Position numbers and translations under genes: made by a program
Part shown: one piece after another, positions 24,601-36,000 of the stretch
Layout of the letters: each line of letters begins with the position of its first letter
How positions within the stretch are numbered: position 1 is the stretch's first letter
The notes under the pieces: model-generated
What the model was told of the DNA's origin: nothing
The model's input: only the letters and a program-made list of their open reading frames with translations
The model's database searches: none
From: Nemertoderma westbladi
Lineage: Eukaryota > Animalia > Xenacoelomorpha
DNA length: 64,000 nt
Direction of reading: 5' to 3'
Assembly: GCA_032718475.1 (NCBI GenBank)
Contig: JAUCBJ010007725.1
Location: forward strand, 122,569 to 186,568

Positions 24601-27600
24601 CCACTTGATCTGATGAGATCGGCTCGTCCCACGTTAGTCCATCCTTCCATATACTGCGCATATAAATGCGAGCTTGCAGTATTACTGGACTGATGAATCC
24701 TAACAGATCGAACAATCGGCTCAACTTTGACAAGCATGATCTCTTCGTCAGTGTGTCTCCTTGACTGTCCAGTCTCACCTTCACTCGAAAGTTGTCTGTG
24801 TTTGGGTCCCAAAAGAGCCCCAACACCTTAGTCGTCGGTAGTGGTTCGAACTCTAGGTCTATATCACCACCTCCACGCTCAGTAGTTCCGAATGAGTCAA
24901 CTAATTCGGCACTGTTTGAGGCGAATTTGGTGAGGTTAAAACCTCCGCCCGCCAAGCAGTCCCGTAATTGATGTGCTACTGTTGTAGCACGTTCTACTGT
25001 GTCGCAACTTTGTAAACCGTCATCAACGTAAAAGTCACGTTCTACAATTCTAATTATCTCTGGGTCATACAGATGTTTCTGATCTCTAGCGGCTTGCTTC
25101 AAGGCGTACATCGTACAATTTGGGCTGTCTCTGGCACCGAAAACGCGAACTTGCATTTGGTAAGTCGCTGGTGGTAGACTTAAGTCCCCTTCCGGATACC
25201 AGAGAAACCGCAAACTGTCTCTGTCTCGCTCTAACGCTTTTACTTGGTGAAACATCGCTTCAACGTCGCAAGTAAAGGCTACTTGACGCTGACGGAAGCG
25301 CATAATCACCCCCATTAGATAATTATTCATGTTCGGTCCATCCATCAATTCACTATTGAGGGACATTCCCTCAAACAGAGCCGCACAGTCATTGACTACG
25401 CGTACTTTATCTGGTTTGTCGGGATGTCTCACATAGTGATGTGGCAGGTAGTATGTCTGGTCGGTCACTTGCTCCGGGTTAGTCATTCGGATAGCGTATC
25501 CCTTCGTCAAATACGTCTCCATCTGAGTGTTGTACTGCAGATGGGCTTTCTCGTCCTTTAATAGACGTTGCCGTATTGAGTGTAGACGTCTTAAAGCCAG
25601 TGGGTAGTTGTTTATAAGTTTAGGACTTTGGCTACGCCATAACATACCCACCTCGTAATGTCCGTCCTCCGTCTGTCGGATAGTATCCTCCATGATCTTC
25701 AGAGATTGTTTCTCCTGTTCCGACATACAAGGGTCGTAGCTACCAGGTTCAGCTGTATCTTGTTCTAACCACCTGATAGTCTTCTCCGTTAATTCTTTGT
25801 CCAAGGCGGCTTGTTCCAACTGATGAATTTTCAACGCGTCATCGTCGATATCGATGGGCACTGTTGAGGTTATTGGGGTAGGTAGACTCGCAAGCCTATC
25901 ATCTGTCGTCGATGGAATCTCTAGCTGATTCGTCTTCCCCCCAAGTTCTAAACTCACCTTGTGGGTTAGCTGCTCCTTGTGACTTATCATACTAGTTACA
26001 CGTCTGTCATGTTTTGTCGACTGTAGCGTAGTATGGTTCACGTCGTGTGAAAAGGAATGAATTGAGTTTGTAGTCAATAAACTACATGTACTCTGTACGT
26101 CGTCTTCCTCGTCACTTACGTCTAGTGTGCGCACAGGCGCTCGAGTATACCACCCTATCGGCGTTCTGCAGGCGTATGCGTTTCCTGCTACAACTGCCGA
26201 TGGTCTGGTTTCCCACACCTGATGTAGGTTGAATTGGTCCGTCCCGATCAGCATTGCTACCGATCTATAATTGACAGGACATTCGGGTACACCAAGGTGT
26301 CTGAAATACTTACGGTCCTCCAGAGATTGTTCCGGCACTGGACCTAGTAGGTTACTAAAGTCCTTCGTGGCCGCAAAGGTTAGATCTCTAAAGGGCAACA
26401 AAGACCTCTCCCTCTCGCTGTGTTGCGATTTTGGAAGAAGAGAGTCTAAGTCCAACTTAACTCGTGTCACTGGTATTGCACGCTGGCCGTGCATACTACT
26501 TACTGTATAACTGACGTGCTTACCTTGTCTAAGATCTGTTACGACGTCAGCTATCTTTTCATCTACGTAACTGTGAGATGAGGCTGAGTCTAGAATCGCG
26601 TAAATCCTCTTACTCCCTTTTGTGCCAGTAACTTTAATCGGGATTACACTGAATCCCTTCAGTTGGTCAGTGGTCAGGAGCGCGATTGACGGTTGTTCGT
26701 CTCCATTTGAATATTCGTCGTCGTCTGATTCTTCGTCCGACGATCCGGATTGTTCTGAAAAGCAATCCTCTATATGGGTCACGAAAGTCGGAGTCGTTTT
26801 CGATTCTCGTTTTCGGTAAGCCGCATCACATCTCGCTGCTGCTTCCGGGTGTTCCCTGGCGAAGCGTTTCGTCGGCGTGTGGCTGTCTGTGTGGAGCAGA
26901 CCGTCGTGGTTGCGTCCACAGGATGGACAAGTGTCGGTATTTGGGCAATCCTTACGGACGTGTCCGTGTCGCGTACACCGCCAACAAGAGTCCAGTGGCC
27001 GTATCTGCAGCCGTCGTTCTTCTGAGTTCAACTCGCGAAATTGTCGACAACCTCGTAACTTGTGACCAATATACCGCTTACCCAAATGTTCGCAGTATTG
27101 GCAGCCGTTGAAGTCGGCGCTGAGTTGCTGTCTCGTCTGTTTCGTTCCAATGGGCGCAGATACTCTATTACCGTCTGAGAATTGTCGTGATTCCGTCGGT
27201 GTGGCGTAAGTGGCCGTCTTTGTGGATGTTGTCTGGGGTTTTTGTCGGTTGGAGGATGGCAGTGTGATCCCTTCTGCCACGATGTGCTGGTCGGTATAGT
27301 TAGATCGAGTTTCTACTACCGCCTCCCTGGATATTAAAAGGTACACATCTTCTAATTTTAGGAATCCTCCTCGCTCCTCTCGCTGGTATTCGACCTTCCT
27401 CCACTCCCGACGAAGTCGATGGTGGAGTCGTCCTATTATCTTTAATAGGACTGTAGGCGTATTCCCGTAATCAAGTTGTCCAATTGATCTTAAGGTAGTG
27501 ATAGCGTTCTTAATCTCGTCAGCCAGTTTTAGTAAGTCGACGGGTTTAGTGATAGCCCCTCCCTTACAGAGTTCTTCTATTACTGACCTGGCCATACTCA

Positions 27601-30309
27601 CTGTACCTCCGTATATCGAAGTCAAACGATCGTACGCTAGTTCGAAAGCGTCTGGTACACCGACGAAAGTCTCCGCCAAACGTTTAGGTTCTCCTGACAA
27701 CGTTTGGAGCAAGTAATTGAACTTCTCTCGTGATGTAAAGGCGCACACGGCGATCTGGGATTCGATATAGTCTACGAAGGTATGCCAGTGTTTTGAGCTA
27801 CCGGAGAACTTCGGTGGTTGTTGTACCGGCAATCCCTGTCTGGCTGCGAATTTCGCTATCTCCTCGGCAACGTTCAGAGTTTCGCGTCCTTGGTTGGTAA
27901 CCTGGTTGATGTTCTCCCTTCTGGCGCTTTTCCCTGATACGATGCGGGGTTTGAAGGTACCGGTCTTTGTGGTGCCTTCGGGTGTCTATTGTGTTCGAAT
28001 TCGGTGTTCCTCGAACTATCGGTTTGAACTTCCTCCAGACGCTCCTCGATCTGAGCCAACTTGTTGACAACTGGTCGCAGAATGTCGGCGAACTGTTGTG
28101 TACTAATTGCGTCCGTTGGTTGTAACGCCTTCTGTGTTGGTGTATTCTGTGGAGGATTGTCTGCAAAGGAGTTGTCTGAACGCTCGCGTTTATATTCATC
28201 GGCCGCCCCTGTTCTAAATACCTCGCGTTTCGGGTAATCCGATTCGCTCGAAGTACTACTATCATCTGGATATGGTGGTCGACGTGCTCGCGTCCGTTGC
28301 GTCGTTCGAATTCTAACGGCTCGTTTCGGAACATCGTCCACTGTTCTTCGTTGTTCGGTAGGCTCACAAGTCTTCCTCGAAGTCGTAGATTGCGATGTAA
28401 ACTGAACCGGTCGCGTATCCACTGTTCTCCGTTGTTCGGTAGGCTCACAAGTCTTCCTCGAAGTCGTAGATTGCGATGTAAACTGAACCGGTGGTCGGAC
28501 GACCGCGTTTGAATCCAAAGGCCTTGTAGGCCGAAATGTCATTGGGTATTCGTAGTGCGTAACGGGTTTAGGTGTCAAAGGTGGACTCACCTGTTTTGTC
28601 GTCAGTAGTGCAGGTCCGACTAATAAACTACTACGATCTGTAATCGGTGGGTTACTTACCTTGACTTTCGGAATGGGCGACGACGTTGCTCTTGGCGGTA
28701 TAAACTCGTCCGGAATAACAAACCTGTGTTCCGTCGCACCATGGATAGGAGAAATATCACTGCTACCCGCAATCGAAACAGGTTCCTTAGTCGTAACCGG
28801 TGCAAACATATGAGTTACCTGTGGGAATCGTTGACACACGTCTTTTACTAATTGTCGTTCCCGTCCGGGTGCTCCTACGCTTCCTTCCTTCTTCCGTTCC
28901 TGAATTTGGCGATGTCTTACCTCTAACTGGTCCAAATCATGTCCGTCACGAGATCTCATCGATCGATCGCGGGCCTTTTGATCCAGATCTTCCTCAGCGT
29001 TCGCTAATTCTCTCGCCTTCTTCTCAAGTTCGAAATGAAGTTTAGCTGTCTTCTCTCGTTGTTCCGTTTGTCGTTGTTGCGCCTCAAATTCTGCTTGTCG
29101 TATGGCGGATTGAGCTTTTATTTGCCGTGTTTTCATTTCGGCCCGTGCTTCCGAAACTAACCTGTCTCGTTCTAATTCCGCCGCTGCCGCTGCCGCTTGT
29201 CGCTCTGACTCGGCCGCTGCCGCTGCCGCTTGTCGCTCTGACTCAGCCGCTGCCGCTGCCGCTGCCGCTTGTCGCTCTAACTCAGCCGCTGCCGCTGCCG
29301 CTTGTCGGGCAATGTCCCGCTCTAACCTTTCTACTTCAGCTGCTTCTAATTCAGCTTGTTCCTGTAGATGAGAGATTCTCGCTATATTCGCAACGCGTAG
29401 CTTCTCTTCCTCTACTGCTGCCTGCATCACTAGAAGTTGAGCTTGTTCCTCCATTTCTCGTCGTTGTCGGCAGAATTCTTGCTGTTGTCGAGCAACTTCT
29501 GACGTGACCATACTTCCCTCGCAGATTTCGCTACGAATACTTACCAGCGATTGATTTAGTATTCCCGGAGCTGATTCGATTTGTGCGAGCGAAGTTTCCC
29601 TCGTAGCCTCCGGCACGGTTTCCCAATCCCCGACGTCTTCGCCGCACATGCGCAAGTGATCCGTCAGGTGTTTCAATTGTCCATCCAGTCGGTACAGTTC
29701 CTGTTCTTCCTCGGGTTGTAATAATTCGTCCGAAACTGACTCACCTAACAACTGGTCCGCTTGTTCCTGTTGTATCTGTCTAATCGTCGACTTAAACTGA
29801 ATCAGTTTCTCTCTAGTGATCATTAGTTTCTCTAGGATTCTAAGTTGAGTATCCATGTCCTGTCTCTGTCTAGCTAGATCTTGTAGGCCAACTAGATTAT
29901 CTACGGACTTATATACTTTACTCTGTACTCTAACCTGGAGGGTGTAGAACTCGAATCGAGACATCGGAGCGGTCAACCCGTCTAATATGCGTTGGCCTTC
30001 TCCAATACTCCTGGTTATATGCGCCATGTAACCTCCGACGCTTCTAACCACACTTTCTGTGCTTCCTGCTGAACTTACCAATTCCGTTTCCCTATATCTA
30101 GGTTGCGGAACAGTTAGAAAGTCCTCGGTCCTGCCGTCGCCTCGTACTACGGCATCCGGTACTCCCGTTGGATGTACTGGTGACGCACACGGTGTAGGTT
30201 CGGTAGGCTCGCGAGTCTTCCCCTGTGGTTCTTCCGCTGCTGACTTATCCGCGTCACATGAGTCATAGTCGGTTTGTGTGTTCTTCGTATAGTCTTGTTT
30301 GTCACTCAT
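21614..30309 (-). CDS. BEL/Pao Gag-Pol polyprotein of copy 1 (about 2,900 aa once a 1-bp deletion near 27921 is corrected)
   Basis: Coiled coil; DUF1759-like PPKFSG...EKFNYL; three BEL knuckles (CQYC..H..C, CWRCTRHGHVRKDC, CPSCGRNHDGLLH); protease AILDSASS; RT YVDD; RNase H FSDAS; integrase H..H..CIIC, GIDCFGP, SDQGTNF, GGVWER. Copy 2 reads through the 27921 position in frame. Confidence 0.93.
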
Positions 30310-31106
30310 TTCGGTAGTTGTAAGTCAAGTAAAGTGAGTGTCAAAGTATCGAGTTTACCGTATTTGTATAAAACGGTACTAATTACAGTCATATAAAATT
30401 AGCCTACCGGCCGATTTTATAGCAGATGGATAAAATTAGCCTAAAACGGCCAATTTTACAGCAAATAAATGTCACGGAATAAGTATATAATAAAATTAGC
30501 CTAGCGGCCAATTTTACAACAAATAAATCGGATAACGATATGCGTTATCAAAAGGTAAATTAAATACAATAATACGGACTAATTCAGCAATGAACAAAGA
30601 AATCGTACGGAATGCATAAATACTTGAGACAGTGGAACCCACAATAATTTTAGCTAATACGGTAATGCCTAACTTATTTATGCAACTTTTCGAACTCACC
30701 CACTCCAATAATTCTCCAGAAAAACAGATTCCCAGATACAAACCGAACGTGAACCTTTCCGTTTTTAACGTTGCGGACGAAACGCGATTTTCCCAACCAA
30801 AGTTGTTGAGTTATCTATCTCCCAAACTTGCTAAACACGGTCTTGCTCCCGTTACAGTCTAGAAATGAGTTCTGAATCCTGAAAAACAAAAGAGTTAGGT
30901 TTTACTTTACGAAAATTTTGTACCGGTACAATATGGTATTTAAACCCTTTTAAACACCGGTATTCAATTCCAAAAATATTTTACACGCGGTTCAAATCAA
31001 ATTTTATTTCAAAAAATTAGCACTTAGCTAATCAAATATAAATTTTTACCTCAAAATACAAAATTTTCAAATAACTTTAGTCCTACCGAACCGTAGTTCA
31101 GTAAAA

Positions 31107-31117
31107 CATATTCCTAC
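31107..31117 (-). promoter_or_regulatory. Putative PBS GTAGGAATATG (non-tRNA type), copy 1
   Basis: Directly abuts the 5' LTR, lacks TGG, and is exactly complementary on the sense RNA to LTR positions 32170-32180. Confidence 0.7.
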
Positions 31118-33035
31118 TAAATTGGAGAGATACGCCTATTCCTACTATCGGAAGAGACGGTAACAATACCTGCAATATCCTACTGTAAAGTTTGTAAATC
31201 AAATCATAAATCCGACCTTCTCACCAAAACAGTAAACCCCAAGTAAGCGAATATATTGCAGTATCGATCTCTTTTAACCGGTGAGGCAGAAAACAGTCTA
31301 CGAGCAGACAAACTTCGATAAAACAAAATCCCGCGCAGCGAATCCTAAAATCAGGCTGACTCACTGACGGACTAAGGGGCTCGTATACTTTGCCGCGGTG
31401 TGATTTATATGGTTGGGCAAAAGGACGCTAGCTAGGTATAGAGCAGATTTGGAGATGTCTAACTAGCGAGCAAAGTGCAGTAAGGACGAAAGTTAATTTT
31501 TATATATTTCGAGGTGTAAATAATTTCTAACGCGCGTGTGTTAATTCTGAACGGTCAAAGCAGTTTTGCTCCTTCACATATATAATTACTGGGTACGGTG
31601 TGCATTTTACGAATATTCTAATTTTATAACTTGTAGGTCCAATACTCACGAATGATAAGGTTCCTTCCCCTCTTGCGTATTTCCAGGACTCAAATTCAGG
31701 CATAAGGTTAATACTACGCCCAGAATTCGGCAATTTTAGGTACCAGGTCCCTAATACTGAGAAGAGATGTGTTAGTTTACTACTGTAGGCGTACGGGTAC
31801 TAATAGCTATCCTGGCTCCTATCTAGAATTTTAGTCACCCAGGTAGTCCGGGTAACTTCCTATTAGGGCGTTGGCGGGGACACGGTAGATGTTAGTATAT
31901 CCCTGATAGCCTCAATTTATTTGCGCCTAGCGTAAACTGCCCTACCGCCTGAACGGTACAATCCCAATTCAGGTGAAAACACAGCAACCCCCCTAGCCTA
32001 CAAGTTCTGATGTAACGGACACCGTTGTACGGCAAATAGTCGCACACACACCTGTACTTAGCAAGAGTTAAGCGTACAGTTTGCTGCACCCTAACCAATG
32101 TGTATGCCTTGTACCGGTGTGCCTACGTCCTATCTGCGTACTAGTATCTGCTCTCTCTCCCTCTCCCCCGTAGGAATATGAAGGTCTACTGCGGTTTTTT
32201 CCTGAATCAAGACAGTACAGTCCCTATGATGTAATTTTGGGCTCACAGCGTGTCACTACGTCTACCTTTGATCTTTTGGTCTTACACTTAAGGTAGCAAG
32301 GATCGAACGCTGTCTAACCTTTCAGGCGATGGGCGAATAACTTTAAGATGGTATTGCGGGTTGTCTCTCGTTTACATTCCCGTGATGTTCCCGTTCATTG
32401 CTGCGGCCCGATCTCTAGCTGGCCATCCTGTCCCTGAGTTTGTTCACCGTAGTGAAACCATATTAAAACAGATAGAAAGGCTGAGAGATGTGACTAGTAT
32501 TTCTGACTTTATTACAAAACATATAATAACTATTTATACAATAAACAATGTAATCTGAAATAAGACAGAAAGTGAATGATGGATTGAGATTAGTAAACTA
32601 ATGAACGAAATCGCACCTTTATATACCAAATTTGTGCCGCAATCAATCGAGAAAGTTCTCGATTGTTCTATGGGTTCTAACAAGGTTTTAAAGATAGCTT
32701 ATTGGTCCAGCTAATATATAACTTGCACGACATTGGTTACAATCAAATAACTACAGCCTTATTGGTACAGACAAATGCAATTAATTTGTAGCGGTTAATT
32801 TAAATGAGTTGAAATTCTGCACAAAAAATAATTCGCACTTACTAGGATTCGAACTCGATACCTACTACACATATAATTTCCAACGCTCTACCAACTGAGC
32901 TACTGAACCACTTGACCGATAGATGCATAATAGATAGAACCAATACTAATGAGAACTCAAAGCAATCTTTACAAAGTTAATTCGAATAAAATAAAATTTT
33001 GAAAATCCACGGCATTTAGGGAATATAATTCTATA
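31118..33035 (-). repeat. 5' LTR of BEL copy 1 (1918 bp)
   Basis: Direct repeat of 16494-18410. Confidence 0.95.
32616..32765 (-). promoter_or_regulatory. LTR Pol II promoter: three CCAAT boxes about 30 bp apart plus TATATAAA
   Basis: Plus-strand attgg x3 (18076, 18107, 18136 in the 3' LTR) and cctttatata (17991-18000; 32616-32625). Present in all four LTRs. Confidence 0.65.
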
Positions 33036-36000
33036 GTACTAAATAAAATATAGTTCGCCTTAGTTTTACTAAATAAAATATAGTTCGTCGTAGTTGTACT
33101 TAATAAAATATAGTTCGCCTTAGTTGTAATAAATAAAATATAGTTCGCCTTAGTTGTAATAAATAAAATATAGTTCGCCTTAGTTTTACTAAATAAAATA
33201 TAGTTCGCCTTAGTTGTACTTAATAAAATATAGTTCGCCTTAGTTGTACTTAATAAAATATAGTTCGCCTTAGTTGTAATAAATAAAATATAGTTCGCCT
33301 TAGTTTTACTAAATAAAATATAGTTCGCCTTAGTTGTACTAAATAAAATATAGTTCGCCTTAGTTGTAATAAATAAAATATAGTTCGCCTTAGTTGTAAT
33401 AAATAAAATATAGTTCGCCGTAGTTTTACTAAATAAAATATAGTTCGCCTTAGTTTTACTAAATAAAATATAGTTCGCCTTAGTTGTAATAAATAAAATA
33501 TAGTTCGCCTTAGTTGTACTAAATAAAATATAGTTCGCCTTAGTTGTAATAAATAAAATAAAGTTCGCCTTAGTTGTACTAAATAAAATATAGTTCGCCT
33601 TAGTTGTAATAAATAAAATATAGTTCGCCTTAGTTGTACTAAATAAAATATAGTTCGCCGTAGTTGTACTTAATAAAATATAGTTCGCCTTAGTTGTACT
33701 AAATAAAATATAGTTCGCCGTAGTTGTACTTAATAAAATATAGTTCGTCGTAGTTGTACTAAATAAAATATAGTTCGCCTTAGTTTTACTAAATAAAATA
33801 TAGTTCGCCTTAGTTGTACTTAATAAAATATAGTTCGCCTTAGTTGTAATAAATAAAATATAGTTCGCCTTAGTTGTAATAAATAAAATATAGTTCGCCT
33901 TAGTTTTACTAAAGAAAATATAGTTCGCCTTAGTTGTACTTAATAAAATATAGTTCGCCTTAGTTGTAATACTTAATAAAATATAGTTCGTCGTAGTTGT
34001 ACTAAATAAAATATAGTTCGCCTTAGTTTTACTAAATAAAATATAGTTCGCCTTAGTTGTACTTAATAAAATATAGTTCGCCTTAGTTGTAATAAATAAA
34101 ATATAGTTCGCCTTAGTTGTAATAAATAAAATATAGTTCGCCTTAGTTTTACTAAAGAAAATATAGTTCGCCTTAGTTGTACTTAATAAAATATAGTTCG
34201 CCTTAGTTGTAATAAATAAAATATAGTTCGCCTTAGTTTTACTAAATTAAATATAGTTCGCCTTAGTTGTAATAAATAAAATATAGTTCGCCTTAGTTGT
34301 AATAAATAAAATATAGTTCGCCTTAGTTGTAATAAATAAAATATAGTTCGCCTTAGTTTTACTAAATAAAATATAGTTCGCCGTAGTTTTACTAAATAAA
34401 ATATAGTTCGCCTTAGTTTTACTAAATAAAATATAGTTCGCCTTAGTTGTACTAAATAAAATATAGTTCGCCTTAGTTGTACTAAATAAAATATAGTTCG
34501 CCTTAGTTGTAATAAATAAAATATAGTTCGCCTTAGTTGTACTAAATAAAATATAGTTCGCCGTAGTTGTACTAAATAAAATATAGTTCGCCGTAGTTGT
34601 ACTTAATAAAATATAGTTCGTCGTAGTTGTACTAAATAAAATATAGTTCGCCTTAGTTTTACTAAATAAAATATAGTTCGCCTTAGTTGTACTTAATAAA
34701 ATATAGTTCGCCTTAGTTGTAATAAATAAAATATAGTTCGCCTTAGTTGTAATAAATAAAATATAGTTCGCCTTAGTTTTACTAAATAAAATATAGTTCG
34801 CCTTAGTTGTACTTAATAAAATATAGTTCGCCTTAGTTGTAATAAATAAAATATAGTTCGCCTTAGTTGTACTAAATAAAATATAGTTCGCCGTAGTTGT
34901 ACTTAATAAAATATAGTTCGCCTTAGTTGTAATAAATAAAATATAGTTCGCCTTAGTTGTAATAAATAAAATATAGTTCGCCTTAGTTGTACTAAATAAA
35001 ATATAGTTCGCCTTAGTTGTAATAAATAAAATAAAGTTCGCCTTAGTTGTACTAAATAAAATATAGTTCGCCTTAGTTGTAATAAATAAAATATAGTTCG
35101 CCTTAGTTGTACTAAATAAAATATAGTTCGCCGTAGTTGTACTTAATAAAATATAGTTCGCCTTAGTTGTACTAAATAAAATATAGTTCGCCGTAGTTGT
35201 ACTTAATAAAATATAGTTCGTCGTAGTTGTACTAAATAAAATATAGTTCGCCTTAGTTTTACTAAATAAAATATAGTTCGCCTTAGTTGTACTTAATAAA
35301 ATATAGTTCGCCTTAGTTGTAATAAATAAAATATAGTTCGCCTTAGTTGTAATAAATAAAATATAGTTCGCCTTAGTTTTACTAAATAAAATATAGTTCG
35401 CCTTAGTTGTACTTAATAAAATATAGTTCGCCTTAGTTGTACTTAATAAAATATAGTTCGCCTTAGTTGTAATAAATAAAATATAGTTCGCCTTAGTTTT
35501 ACTAAATAAAATATAGTTCGCCTTAGTTGTACTAAATAAAATATAGTTCGCCTTAGTTGTAATAAATAAAATATAGTTCGCCTTAGTTGTAATAAATAAA
35601 ATATAGTTCGCCGTAGTTTTACTAAATAAAATATAGTTCGCCTTAGTTGTACTAAATAAAATATAGTTCGCCTTAGTTGTACTAAATAAAATATAGTTCG
35701 CCTTAGTTGTACTAAATAAAATATAGTTCGTCTTAGTTGTACTAAATAAAATATAGTTCGCCGTAGTTGTACTTAATAAAATATAGTTCGTCGTAGTTGT
35801 ACTAAATAAAATATAGTTCGCCGTAGTTGTACTAAATAAAATATAGTTCGCCTTAGTTTTACTAAATAAAATATAGTTCGCCTTAGTTGTACTTAATAAA
35901 ATATAGTTCGCCTTAGTTGTAATAAATAAAATATAGTTCGCCTTAGTTGTAATAAATAAAATATAGTTCGCCTTAGTTTTACTAAATAAAATATAGTTCG

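Larger units (their letters stand above)
16494..33035 (-). mobile_element. Full-length BEL/Pao LTR retrotransposon, copy 1 (16.5 kb), 5-bp TSD GTACT
   Basis: Direct-repeat LTRs at 16494-18410 and 31118-33035. TSD gtact at 16489-16493 and 33036-33040. Domain order gag-PR-RT-RH-IN with BEL motifs. Confidence 0.96.

Noticed and set aside
27832-27925. Programmed gag-pol ribosomal frameshift in copy 1
   Set aside because: Copy 2 has one extra T here and reads through in frame, so this is a mutation or sequencing error.
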